Shown: positions 50,226 through 64,000 of the stretch, piece by piece
How positions within the stretch are numbered: position 1 is the first letter of the stretch
Layout: each line of letters opens with the position of its first letter
From: Octopus vulgaris
Lineage: Eukaryota
Length of the DNA: 64,000 nt
Assembly (NCBI GenBank): GCA_951406725.2
Contig: OX597825.1
Location: 88,164,001 to 88,228,000, forward strand
Direction: 5' to 3'
Notes under the pieces: generated by a model
What the model saw: the letters and a program-made list of their open reading frames with translations, nothing else
What the model was told of the DNA's origin: nothing
Database searches by the model: none
Position numbers and translations under genes: made by a program

Positions 50226-53200
50226 GGAGGTGAAGGAGGAAGAGGAGGTAGTCAGAATTTTACGTCTCATTCGTGGAGACGTTACAGGTATATCTTGGGA
50301 AACTCAATAAATCGACGAAACCGCTAACAAAGAATGATCCAAACTTCCCTTTTCCTTAATATATAAAATCTTAATATATAAAATCTGCACAAACACAGAG
50401 ACACACACATATATAATCGGACCATTCCTCCCTGGTAAATCTTATATAAAGAGATAGTAGGTTGAAGTGTCCGTATAGTCAGAGAGATGGAATCCCGTAT
50501 TTGTTTTGACAATCCGATTTCGAATTCTGTTTTTGGTTCCGCGTAAATGTAAATGTAGTACTTTCATAAGCAAAGACCGGTGGTAATTTTCTCTCCCAAT
50601 ATTAGCCAACTTTGGCTATACTGTGCTGAAGACTACTCACCATTCTGCGACCTTGGAGAAGATAGAAAACATCTTCAATCACAGAAATGAGATTCTTCAG
50701 ATAGCTCCAAACAGTTATTTACACTTCGAGAATTGAAGTTGACGGTAAACAGGAAAAACAGTATGGTCACAAAAAATATGCTGTGACGTATTTTGTTTCT
50801 TGGAATTATTTTCAGAGTAATTGGAATACTGCAGACAGTGAGGTGGGAAATGAACAACACCACACATAAAAAAATGGGACTGTTTCTGCAAATTTCTGCA
50901 ACGAATTCTGGACGCCAGTTTCGTGACAGTTAACATAAATTGAGGAAATCATCACGCATAACACAAACTAAAGCATGTATACCGTTTTTATTGAAATAAA
51001 GTTTTTAAAAATATCTTATTTATTTATTTCACAAGATTTATGTGGCAAAGCTATTGACAGTTTTATGTTTGTAAATATAATTCCGTCTCTGCTACACATA
51101 AAACATTTGGGAAATATAAAAAAAAATATTATTAGATACTACTTCATCAGTATTACTTTTAATAGTGTTTTGTAGCAGAGAGTTCCTCACAAACGCTTTA
51201 ACGTCAACGCCTGGAGGTACGTGATTACAGTGGGGTTTAGTCGAGTAACGTTCTCGTTTTCACAATGTCTTCCCCCGCTGCACATGGCTCCTGCCTTCTC
51301 TATTCCTTTTTTATCCTTTCTCTCCCGTGTTTACTTTTTAAGTGATTTTAGTTCAACCCAAATTGGGTATACTGCTAAGTATGTGTGTTTGTATGAGTGA
51401 GGACATATTATTGCATATTTCTCTCTTTTTCTCTCTTTGACATTTGTTGACCTCGCTCAGCAACGGGATCTGCATGTAAGAAAAAGTTCGACTTTTATTT
51501 CAAACGTTCATGAACAGGTGCCATTCTTCCCCGTCTAAGGATGCGACGAAAAACTCAAGAACAACATAGCACTAGATCAGGCGAAACGAAAACAACAAAT
51601 ACGTGACACATACATGCTGATCTGAGAATAAGTAATGCAAGAATAAGACTGGAATAAATAAAATAAATGGGGAAATTATCAGCGGTGAATACAATTTTGG
51701 ACTCATAATTCCCAGAAATATATCGAAAGCGACAGACACAGAGACGGCCGAAAAAGCCCCGGTCGTAGTATTGTGACGATAAAAATCAGGTTTAACATAT
51801 ATAAGTGTGTGTGTGTGTCCATGCATACTTGACCGATCATATCTTTTTTGCGATACTATACCATAACGAAACGATATCCATTATAATTATTATTATAGCT
51901 GTTTGTTTTATAATTGCGCAACATAATTCGTTAAATGCAAATCAAGATATACTCAATGTGTATAGAATCTGAGATCGAACTTTTGGACTTTCATATGGAT
52001 TATTCTTTTCGAAGTATCGGGCATTTCAGAATTCCTCATCTGAATACTTCCATCTTCATAAATGTGATAAGAAAGTTCTCTCTTCATTTAATATATTCAA
52101 ATATCTCCAATAGTTACGCCATGCTTTTTTTTTCTATCATTTGTGTTAGAATGTTTTGTTTCGCTAAGTATGGTTCTGATTATTGTATAACCTGTAAATG
52201 ATGTTTGTTAAAAGCTTTCGTTATTACGGCAAATCATAATATTTCTCTTTACAACAACGCAAAATGAACAATGTCTAAGAAATAAGATGTATGAGGTTTT
52301 CAAATGTATGTCATGCCACAATACTTGATTCATATTCGAAACAGCTATAATGATTGGTTGGTGTCACAACAAATGATATATTGCAGTTCCAGTAAAAGTC
52401 AAACAAATGAAGAAAAGTTGGTTCTTTAGGGAACATACACGAGACTTTCAGAAAATATTAGTAAATGCTTTTCAGATGCTAAAATGCTGGCAGTTAACAA
52501 TAAAAATAGCTCAGCAATTCCTTGGAAATATATATGTGCTTACCAATGAAAACATAGTGAAATTTCAGTGAATAACCATGTAAGATATAGTGGCAGTGTA
52601 ATATAATATATGGCATTTTAATATGTATATTTTGAAACACAGTTATATTGCATGGGATACAATTGGGTAAAGAATCGAACTGGTAGATTATTCACTGCAG
52701 AAGTTCATTGTTGATTTTCAATCTGCACATCTTGTTTTCGTGTTGATGTGTTTTTAATTGTAAAATTAACAGAGTGTTTCTTGAACATACTTTGAACAAA
52801 ACGTCTGTCAAAAAATACAAAAATAGCGTCACTAACAACCACTTTATATACAATATCATAATGGCAATGCATTCTAGTAACTTTAATGGACAGAGGAATG
52901 TCACTGTTCCAAGCAAAACGCACAGGATTGAAATGGGAACAGGAAATATACTGAATATAAATTGTCTAAACGGAAACAGTTATGATATCCATAATCACAA
53001 GCATACACTTACACACGTATGGGGACGTACACATTTACTCGCACACATGTACTCTCACAGATATACATATATACATGCATACGCACATATATACGTAACT
53101 TAAGCTAGAAATATATAAAAAGACGAGAGAAAATGTTTGACTGCGTATAAAGCTGGTAATGATTTGAGAAATGATAACCAAACTGGCGGTCATACCGATG

Positions 53201-54367
53201 AGGATGACAACGAAAGAATATGAAAGGTAAGGGAAGGACAGATGCAGCTGAAGTGATAAAGATTTTGATTGCTGTGAAACAGTGATTAAAAAAGTACTAT
53301 TCGAGTATCTTAGACAATATATAAATAATATGAAATGACCGTCAGTTAACAATTTTGCTTCTACAACTCATTTCACCACTGCCCACTCGACTGAAGGAGA
53401 ACATGTCAGCTTTTGTGACGTATGTTAATGACAAATTGTGTGTACTTTAATGTGAAACTGGCGGCAACTTTTGAAGTTATTCAATATTTCTGTTACGCCT
53501 GCGAGCAAAATATTTGGATGCAAACAATATTGAAATAAAAAGATCTCGAAAGGAAAATGCTTACAGTACTCTTAAATGTATTTCTTCTGCTTCTATCTTC
53601 TGAAAAAAGTTATATTGAATGTTACCCTCTCTAAAAAAAATGCATAAAAATTGTTTTTATTAATTTTTCTCTTCTGACAACGTGTTTGTTATTTTGCTTA
53701 TTTCTTGGGATTATACTTGTTGAATGTAATGTAGTTTTCCTTTGATAATATCTCGTTTGAAGTTTGCAGATATTACATGACTTTTATCAACAATTTAGAA
53801 ATATTTGCATTATTTGATATCACATTTTGTTTCGTCTACTAAGGCATGAAGAAATAAATTGTATTTGATGAATATTATATCTTTATGCCTTTCCGTTGAT
53901 TCCTTATCTACCATGAATATCACGTGTAAATTTTATTTTCTCTATGATACTAGTATTTTCATCTGAATTCATACTTTGAAAGATATTTCTGCTTAGTCGT
54001 GAATCTCTTGACATAAATAAGAATTTAATTGCCAATATTCTCCTTACACTTGCCTCCCTTTAAATTTTAAAGAGTTATTATTAATTTATGTATTGTAGTT
54101 CATTACCAAATTCGGTGAGGCTGGCATTGCCCTTCTATTCTCTTACTCTACTGCAAATCACAGAAAAACTTCATGTTTTTCTGTGATTTGCGATAGACAA
54201 AAAGAAAAGAACAACAATGTCAACCTTTTGTGATAGAAGCTACACTGATAATTTCTTTGTACTAAAATTCCTGTTCCTCCGAACAAGCAGAAATTAATCT
54301 TTCCTTTCATAATCCATTTAATATCAAAAATATATTTTACCTTGAAATGCATATCAATTCCCCTCCA

Positions 54368-54369
<2 letters not shown>

Positions 54370-54431
<62 letters not shown>

Positions 54432-54484
54432 GTATATATGCATGTATGTATGTATGTATGCATGTATGTATGTATGTATGTATG

Positions 54485-54537
<53 letters not shown>
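54370..54537. repeat. (TA)n-(TATG)n-(TA)n microsatellite
   Basis: Directly visible. Confidence 0.95.
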
Positions 54538-54543
<6 letters not shown>

Positions 54544-55155
54544 TTGCTGTCAGTTCGAAGACTTAGTTTATAGGGCTCATGTGTACTTTTGAAATTGTTG
54601 TGATATAACGAGTCACGTGGCGTTTACTAAAATCTCCTTTAAAAATACGTTCTCTGCATGTACGCCCACACATGCACTCACACACATACACACAAATGTT
54701 CACTTATTTAATTCACTTAGCTTATCTATCGTTAGTATGTCTGGAGTTTAAGGGATTATATCATCAATTATCCATTCTATTGGTCATTTATAGGCATTAT
54801 ATTAATTGAATGGATATTATCTTAAAGGAATATCAATTGGAGGATCCTTGTCGATGTATCGATGGCAAGGTATAGAATAAAATCCACTGACCAACTAGTA
54901 ATATCCCACAAAGAATGTGACCGACGTATAAAAATATTTATAACATTTCAAATAAACCTTTATGTTAATCATCAAAACTGAAATGTTTATTAGTGTTCGG
55001 GTTTGGATGCGTATAAATGAATATGTCACTTGTTCTACATTTGGTCATAAGGACAAAATATATTTTATGCACTTCCAAGCATTTTAAAGGTCGCAAACAA
55101 ATTTCAATGGCGAGGTTTTCTCGGTAACACGCACACGCGAACACACACATACACA

Positions 55156-55202
<47 letters not shown>

Positions 55203-55514
55203 ATGCTTACATTCCGTGACGTTGCTCAGTGAGTTATGAACAAAACCTAGAGAACATTACGTATCTCAAACTATAAATGCATTCAACCCATTACTGCAGC
55301 CAAGGTTTCCACAACATAAAACGCTCTCCGTGGCTCTCGCACGTCTCCCAAACACTTCCACTAAACACTTCCACTAAACACTTCCACAACCAACTGCGGC
55401 TCAAATATCTTACATCCGTCCAATATCAGGTTACATGACAGCTACTGTATACCTCGTGGCATAAACACACCGACAGAGATAGCGTCAAGAGCATTAATGA
55501 AATCATTTATTAAG

Positions 55515-55930
55515 TAGTGGCTGTGTGGTAAGTAGCTTGCTTACGAACCACATGTTTCTAGGTTCAGTCCCACAGCGTGGCACCTTGGGCAAGTGTCTTC
55601 TATAGCCTCGGGCCGACCAAAGCCTTGTGAGCGGATTTGGTAGATGGAAACTGAAAGAAGCTCGTCGTATATATGTATACATACATACATATGTCTGTGT
55701 CTGTGTCTGTGTGTATATGTGTATGTGTTTTGTATGTCTGTGTTTGTCCTCCCTTCCAACATCGCTTGATAACCGATGCTGGTGTGTTTACGTCCCTGTA
55801 ACTTGGCGTTTCGGCAAAAGAGACCGAAAGAATAAGTACTAGGATTACAAAGATTAAGTCCTGGGTTCGATTTGCCCGGTTAAAGGCAGTGCTCCAGCAT
55901 GGCCACAGTCAAATGACTGAAAAAGTAAAA
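55515..55930 (+). mobile_element. SINE family A, near full length
   Basis: gtggctgtgtggtaagtagcttgc...ggttcagtccc...gtgctccagcatggccacagtcaaatgactga. Confidence 0.9.
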
Positions 55931-57189
55931 TTCTATTCAGCAGATGTCACAATGTGGTAGGCGTTCGCCATTCTCGTTTAGCTCAATATACAAATAATGC
56001 CTTAGTAGTGTTCATAGTCTCTAATACTTGAATGCTATGATGTGTTTTTCAAAGAAAGGTGAAATTGGAATCTGTAAAAAAGAAGTATTTTAATTCATTA
56101 AACCTGGCTTCATTTGGTATTCTTAAATAACCACAGATTTTAGAAGCAATAACATGTATAAAACATGTATTCATATTCCGTCTGCATGTTGATGCACCTC
56201 TATTCTTATAATGAAGTGACTTCTATAAATCTACTTAAGTCATGATTTGTAAATATTTCCGATTATAATTTCTAAATACGTCTTCGTATAATTTCAGATT
56301 GAAGCAGAATTTCCTTGCTATTAATCACAAGAGTAGCATAAAATTATGTAAGTAGACTTTATTTCTTTTATACTTTTGATAATCATATTTACATTAGCTT
56401 AGTAGCTAATGATCTTCATTTTGTTTTTGTTTTTAATGACCATATTGATTATAACACTCATATTCTTTGAAAACAGTTTTTAGCAGACAATCGTGAGACA
56501 ATCATCGAGATCACGCTTGATAATCATCACGTTTGAAATGAAGTCAGCATACAGATTACTCTCAATTGACTTGATTTCAAATTGAAATTCACCACTATAG
56601 TTATAATAACGATTCACAAGAGAATTTTACAGAAGTAAGAGACAGACATTCTTAGCAATTATGTGCCAAGGCGAAAATGATTTGAAGAGGTTTTTTTTTC
56701 CTTACATGCGGTGTGATTAGCGATACAAAACGAGAATTTTTCTTTCAGTTCGCATTAATTACGCGGTGCACATATATCACACGTTTGGTAGGCGCAGTAC
56801 GGCTACGGTCTGTAGGCGTAACTTTGTACAGTTATGCTTTGTAACCACGATGTATCGGGTTCGATCCCATTTTGCATCAGATGTACTTTTCTATATACAA
56901 CAAGCAACTTATACGTTGCGAGTATTAAGTTTAGAGACGAGAACTGTAGGTTGTCGGGTGGAGTTTACCCGTTATTCAAACTGTACATCCTTCCAGGGAA
57001 CGAGCTAAGGCAGACCCTTACCAAGAATGTTGCTAATGATCGATGCGACCGTTGATTACTGAGACACATAGTCGTTAATTTCAGACCGAATGGTGCTGTT
57101 GATTGAAAAACTGCATGCACACCGCAGAATGGCGGGGATCCGATCGAAAATGCACATCGTAGAATGGCAGGGATCCGATACGATGCCGG

Positions 57190-57274
57190 ATATCTATCTA
57201 TATATCTATATATCTATGTATCTATCTATGTATGTATGTATCTATCTATCTACCTATCTATCTATCTATCTATG

Positions 57275-57308
<34 letters not shown>

Positions 57309-57365
57309 CATTCATACCTATCTATCTATCTATTTTTCTATCTATCTACCTACATACATACCTAC

Positions 57366-57412
<47 letters not shown>

Positions 57413-57600
57413 GATACATACATACATACATACATACCTACCTATCTATCTATCTATCTAGATACATACATACCTACCTATCTATCTATCTATCTAGATA
57501 CATACATACATACATACCTACCTATCTATCTATCTATCTAGATACATTCATACCTATCTATCTATCTATCTACTTCTCTATCTATCTATCCTTATATCTA
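57190..57600. repeat. Compound (TATC)n/(TACA)n microsatellite
   Basis: Directly visible. Confidence 0.95.
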
Positions 57601-57699
57601 TCACGCTATCCTAGGTATTTGTAGTAACGTGTATGATTGCTGGAATAAAGGCAGAACATATGTACTGATTAGTATTAGAAAAAGAAATGACATTCTCAA

Positions 57700-58870
57700 C
57701 ATACAACCCTACATTTCGTTGTGATTGGGCTATGCCGTGTATTTTCAAGGTCTTTCATTGATATTCTGGATAGCGTTTCTGAAGATTTAGTTTGCATTCT
57801 TACATTTCCTTAAAGTTGTTTCGGATTTGGCGCTTCAGAATGGCGTAGCCTAATTTCAGTACTTTCATTATAGGGGCTTATTGTGTTGATCCCTTTGCTC
57901 ATTATTATTAAGATTCCTTTCTAAAATGTAAGTGGTCAGAATATATTGGCAATAGGTCTTCTATCAGCTGCCCCGTTATTATATCTTATTAAGTTGATTA
58001 TAAGCGAAATGTTTAGCATGGGCATTCTTTAATTGAATTCCTAAAAATTATTTTTAATTATTTTTATGAATATATCTATGAGGGTTACCTACTCGCAAAC
58101 AAATGTGGTAACATGTAACATTATTGACCGAGGCTACCGTGGTCTTTTCCGTAGGTTTTTCTTTCCACGTATAAACCTTATCTGCTTCCTCCTTTACACT
58201 TTACATCATGACATTTCTGTGATACACGATCCCTATTGATCACTTTTTTCTTTTCTTTTATCTTTTTTCTTTCTTTTTCTTTCCCGTTTACGATACCTTT
58301 TGATCGAAAACCCACCCCACTTTTTTTCTCTCTCTCCAAAAAGAAAAGTTCTACTTTGTAATCTGTCCCGTCTGTGTGCAGCCATGTGTGGCTAATAAAG
58401 AAACACATCTATTTTATAGTCCATTTCTCCTCTGGTCAAATGCAAGACAGTCATCGTTTATGAAACCTGAATATCCCACCAAACTTTCTCTCCCTCATTA
58501 TGGTACAGATCTTTCATCGGTGACGTGTGTGCAGCCTTCTGCAAGATTCAAACGTTTTTAGAGACGTTATCTCATCAAGAAATATATTTTCAATGTTTAT
58601 TTGGTTCAATCGTAGCAAATGGATGTGCTTTATCCTGTTGGACTTTTTAAATCACATAATATTGTACAAATATCCTTTCCTGTCTGATTTTTGTACTAAA
58701 CACATACAGAGAATGGTTCTACCTGCCACAAAGTTTACACATTGGTGGTTTGATGGTTCTACATTTAAGGCCTCCACTGTTATTTAAAGTGATATATGGT
58801 TGACAAAGGATATTATATCATATTATGCCTACCCGTGGGACACTAGGGTGGCGATTTCCTTATTAAATGC
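57700..58870 (-). pseudogene. Highly decayed Penelope-like RT relic
   Basis: Frameshifted NLA/RRLH..VTDE (~58515-58548) resembles the PLE thumb motif NLARRIC.IVSD; weak KPT-like and GIA-like motifs upstream. Confidence 0.35.
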
Positions 58871-59783
58871 AAGTGCATTATATAGAAGTGTTATATCCTT
58901 TAGATTATGTCTTACTAAGGCATGGTACACGGTTTAGTGAACGCGTGTCGAACACAGAACATATTCTGTGGCCTGACCTGTCAGAATCATCATACAATGT
59001 ACAAAGCGAACGGATATGTCTAGTGACTGGTCCCACTATCGATTATATTTTATACTTAAGGGATACAGTTTTGTTCATTTTAGAGTATTATTCATATTTT
59101 CTCAGGCAATATGATCATTCGGAATTTATTGTCTGTGTATTTTATTAGTAAATCTTTCAACATCTTGTTAAATATCGATTCACATTAAACTGCAGTTATC
59201 CTAGGTCCACATACGAATATCTTTATTTCCTGGTACATGTGAATGATACTATTACCCGCTCACTTTTATATCGTTCCTTCTGTGTCCCAATAATGAAAGA
59301 TTCCTTTACGATTAAGTAATTAATGCAGTGACCTTATGATTCAGAAGTGATAATTTGTTTAAATATTAGAATGTGTAGCGAATATGCTAATGGGTTTCAT
59401 GAAATAAGATGTTACCAGGAGAAGGAGTAATTCTAAGGAGACATAGAAGTGATAATGTGCCGTGGTGATCAACAATAAAAACACTACTAGAAAACGTTGT
59501 TGAGTGAACTCTTAAAACCAACGTTAAAGGAACCGACCCAAAACATTTGGCATATTTGACCTATTAAACTAGTGTGAAGACCTAGTTAAACCATGACTAT
59601 AACGGTTCAATGCCTCCGTTAGTGGTGTGAAAATTTGTGTTAAATGATGGTAAAATTTGTATATATATAAATAGTGGCGAACACATATGTACATGCTTAC
59701 TTACATGAAGAGTCATATAAATGTAGATATACATGTATATGTATGTACATTTATATGTATACGTAAATCTGGAGGAATGCATA

Positions 59784-59814
<31 letters not shown>

Positions 59815-60199
59815 GTGTGTATTACATATCAACTTAAGTGCTTGTGCGAGGTTCGCAGTGATTTGAAAATATTAATCATTGACAAGAAATTTTGCGCAGC
59901 AATTTACTGTATCGTGCTAAGGAGAGGAAAGCGGAAATATTTAATATATAACTTTGTAGCAACAGTTCTATATACACCTATGCATGAAGAAGCACAGGAC
60001 GATGTGTATGTATAAGTGAATGAAAAGTCATAAAATAATGTGGTTATTCTCCGAATTATGATATAGATGGTACACAGGGTTAATATCTAGAATGTGGTTT
60101 CAAATATGATATATGATAAGTACTTCAACTAAACCATATTCTTACACACTCAGACATCTGCAATTATATGGAATTGGAAACACAAATAAGCGCACCAGA

Positions 60200-60203
<4 letters not shown>

Positions 60204-60243
<40 letters not shown>

Positions 60244-60386
60244 ATATGTATGTATGTATGTATATATGTATGTATGTATGTATATATGTATGTATGTATG
60301 TATATATGTATGTATGTATATATGTATGTATGTATGTATATATGTATCTATGTATATGTATGTATATGTATGTATGTATATATATG

Positions 60387-60429
<43 letters not shown>

Positions 60430-60578
60430 GTATGTATATATGTATGTATATATATATGTATGTATATATATATATGTATGTATATATATATATATGTATA
60501 TATATGTATGTAAATATATATATGTATATATGTATATATATGTATGTAAATATATATATGTATATATTTATAGGTATG

Positions 60579-60609
<31 letters not shown>

Positions 60610-60627
60610 CTGTGTGTGTGTGTGTAT
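60204..60627. repeat. Compound (TA)/(TATG)/(TG) microsatellite
   Basis: Directly visible. Confidence 0.95.
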
Positions 60628-61543
60628 GCATACCTATTCCTGTCTGTGTTTGTTTTTGCCCTTGTGTGTCTCTATGCGCGAGAAAAGGATGAGTTTATTT
60701 ATATACATGGATATGCAACAAGTTTATCGATAGTATTGAAATAATTTGAAATAAAATCCAATTGAAACGATAGTCTTTTGAATCCCAAATGACATTTAAG
60801 AACAACATGATGGAATGAAGAGTTTGCAATTCTACTTGAAAAAAATAGTAAACATACAGACTAATCTCCGAGAAAGAAATTCCACAGACATATTGGCAAT
60901 CGAATAAAATTTCCAGTCATTCTAAAGTAAACTAATAAAACAGCATGGAAAAAAAAAAAACTAATAAAACAAACGTACATCTTTCCTTCTTTAAATAACC
61001 AGGAAACGTTTCTCTCGAAAACTGTACATTGATATTTTTGATGTTTAACAATTGTGATATGTTGGAGAGAAGGGAAGTTGTTATTGGTTTGTTGACTGAA
61101 ACCTTTTCAATATGGAGCCAAGGAGACGAGGTATGCGCGGCAGACAAGTATCTGAAGCAGAAGGAAAAATAAATAAATAATTCTGCGTTCATCTTCTTTC
61201 TTTGTAAATAAAAGAAATGCAGCTTCATTCCTTCGAGGGAAAAGTAGAAACATTCAAATAGTGTTATGAGAGTATTGTGCCTTCTCATAACATATGAGGT
61301 TTAGTTTGTTGTTTGTTTTTAGAGAAGAAGCGAAGTATGTCACATACGTATGTATACCTTTGTAGCACATCGAATAATTATAGTTGTAGATATGTGTGTA
61401 CATCGTACTAACCTATACACAAAGCAAGCAAGAATGTGTCTCCAGCAAAACATGACGATGCATTATCACATTCTGTAGACGACCAACTAATGTTATTAAT
61501 TCCCGCCCTTTGCATCAGAATGCAGTGCAGCATGTACATCTCA

Positions 61544-61633
<90 letters not shown>
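61544..61633. repeat. (ACT)n(AAT)n microsatellite
   Basis: Directly visible. Confidence 0.95.
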
Positions 61634-61636
<3 letters not shown>

Positions 61637-64000
61637 ATTGATATTGCTGCTGCTGCTGGTTGTGTTATTGAATGGAACAATCTCATCATGGGTGACCCAT
61701 TTCCCAGTAATATCGCAGGTTATATCGCCGTTTTGTTTCCATTTTCTTTTATAGAACGTGCAACAATTTCAGTTTAGGTTGAGGACGAGTTCCAAACTGA
61801 TACACGACGATGCCTCATTGTCTTATAGTCCAGGTAATCCCCACCACCATACCTTGCACACCACTGCTTTCCAGAATCAGTTTCGAACAACCTAATAACT
61901 GAAATTGAATACGTTCTGAATTCGCTCCGCCCCATTATTGCAAATACCAACAAAGAATGACAGAATGGTGCAACAGTCACGTTCAAGAAGATACTCACAC
62001 GAAAAAAAGACGCACACCTACATGGATACGCACGCTTACACACACACACAAACGTACACACACAAAAATGTACACACACATAGATCTAAAATACTATATA
62101 TTTAAACAATATTCTTTTATGTAGAATATATAATCAAAGGGCATTCACTTTTCCCCAAACAGTACAACACCGCCACAACAACAACATCAACAACTACTTC
62201 TACTACTACAACTACTACTACTGCTTGTTTAGAGTGTTGTGATGCTAATGTCATTAATACGACCAGAATTGTGATGATGATTTGAAATAAGAGAACGGAT
62301 TTTTGCATATGGGAAAATACGAGAGTTTGAAGACGATATGAAATGAAGACAATCATGGAAGCGAAATGCCGGTGACAAGTGATGGGATAGCAATGACAAT
62401 ACGACTAATGTAGCACAGCTGTTGCTAAATAACAATCGGTTATATCGCTATTATTCATGTCTGCATTTGAGAGCCACTTGCCTTGACAACAAGCGTTAAG
62501 TAAGTGAAGTGATATAAAAGTAGGCGAGTGACCTTTCGCGGTAAATAGACCAAATGCCCCATCAATTAAAGCGGCATCGGTAATGCTTCTATCTATCTTC
62601 CATATACATTCATATGCGTGTGAGAGTGAGTATGCTTGTGTGCATCCGTGGGTCTGTACATGTATGTATGAACATGTGTGTGAGAGAGCCTCCTTGCCCA
62701 TATTTCAGTTTGTATGATTGATTCTGTCTGGAATTGTAGAATTTCTTTGAGCCTCGGGTGTAGACCATTATGTCGGCGCAGACACTGATGCAATGCTTCA
62801 CTCACAAAGTTAATTGAATCAATATAATTGCATTTATCATTCTATTATCACCACCTCACCTTCAACACCTTCACCACCAGAAACCCAATCGAACCCTCAC
62901 CACCACCACCATCACCACTACCATGATCATCATAATCATCATCATCATCATTTGTAATTACTGACATTATAAAATCCAGATATGTAGTCGTTATCGTCGT
63001 TCCAATCATCCTCGTTATTACTGTAACATTAGTAAAGATTAGCTCTTGATCACTACCACCAGGCGAAAGAAGAGTGACGCATTGTTTCAGCGTATCATGG
63101 GGCCCAGCGTGGAGCGATTGCAGCCGGGTAAGAAAGTCATACATCCTAGACCAAAGCGAATTGCGAGCGAATGAGAGTTTCTCACACACAGGGTAGAAAA
63201 GAGCTAGAGAAGAGCAACTGGATGGAATGGTCATCAATAATTACCTCCACAGACCAATGCTAGTTTCGTTCGAAACGTCATAAGCTAACAAAGGAATATA
63301 CATACATATATACATATATACATGTATATATATATATATATGTATACATATATATATATTTATATATATATATATATACATTCCTATATGTATACGTGAC
63401 ACACATTTCATAACCGTCATCACGTAATGGACACTTAGCTAACACTGTATTTTCACAGTTCAACATCGTCTCACGTCTTACAAAATTTTGTACGATGCTT
63501 CCTGATCGCAATGCAAAAACTCTCAGGAAATCATTTAAAATCTATGGCAATATTTTCTAATAACTCGAAGCATAGTATTTGTTACTACATTTAAAGCCTG
63601 ATGCAGTTAGATGGGTTGCCCATCCAATGTTTCCACCATAAATCCATCTGCCTCTCCTTTCACCTTTTTTTGTTTTAACTATTGAAATTACAAGTGCCAG
63701 TGTTGCTGCAGGTATGAGCTGGCCTCTCGTTAGCACACTTGGAACGAATGTTCTCCTACATCGCAGTTCTAATACTCCACACCGGAACACAGAGTTCTCC
63801 GTTGAGGGCCTTCCTGTTTTACAGTGTTATTATCGATGATGCTTTCGAACCTATTCAATGAATTATGGTTGCCTTATTTTATCCAAACGTTTAGTATGTA
63901 AATGTTTCCGTATTTGATACCCCTTAAACACTCCCCTCGAGGTTTTCAATTCTAACCAAATCCTGTGTAGCATTTAGATAAATGGAAATTTCTAAATCTT

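Noticed and set aside
56785-56870. tRNA gene (B-box ggttcgatccc)
   Set aside because: No cloverleaf; more likely a decayed SINE head
57705-57753. Minus-strand hammerhead-like remnant (UUGAAAA...CGAAAUGUA)
   Set aside because: Two core mismatches and no stem II
61774-61900. Possible host exon on the minus strand (RLFETDSGKQWCARYGGGDYLDY)
   Set aside because: No recognisable domain and no partner exons; splice signals are not distinctive
63030-63830. GC-richer patches with zinc-knuckle-like hints (GRP...FRCG; ETMRH), possibly an L1/Tx1 relic
   Set aside because: Too degenerate to call

Overview
AT-rich, gene-poor, repeat-dominated animal DNA. The SINE families and dense (TA)n/(CA)n/(AAT)n/(TCTA)n microsatellites suggest a cephalopod, probably Octopus (inference from recognition, not from a search). 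No host protein-coding gene can be supported, and most long ORFs in the track are microsatellite read-outs. Transposon content: (i) a young-looking CR1-group LINE at ~12.0-15.0 kb with a PHD + 3xCCCH ORF1 and an APE endonuclease but no RT domain; (ii) an older CR1-group copy at 21-24 kb (-); (iii) many R4/Dong-type RLE retrotransposon copies stacked in (TAA)n tracts; (iv) a ~560-bp (AAT)n-tailed non-coding repeat in the same tracts; (v) Penelope-like GIY-YIG/RT relics; (vi) mariner and Tc1/maT relics, a non-autonomous Helitron, a 550-bp foldback palindrome and two SINE families. Two signals stand out. First, an in-phase HIV-type U_UUU_UUA slippery heptamer sits where the ATG-less ORF2 frame of the CR1 element opens in the -1 frame, and a similar heptamer occurs in the second CR1 copy: a candidate programmed -1 frameshift in a LINE. 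Second, a well-formed type I hammerhead ribozyme lies at 7904-7954 (-), with three degenerate relatives, one next to a Penelope endonuclease. Boundaries of degenerate elements are approximate.
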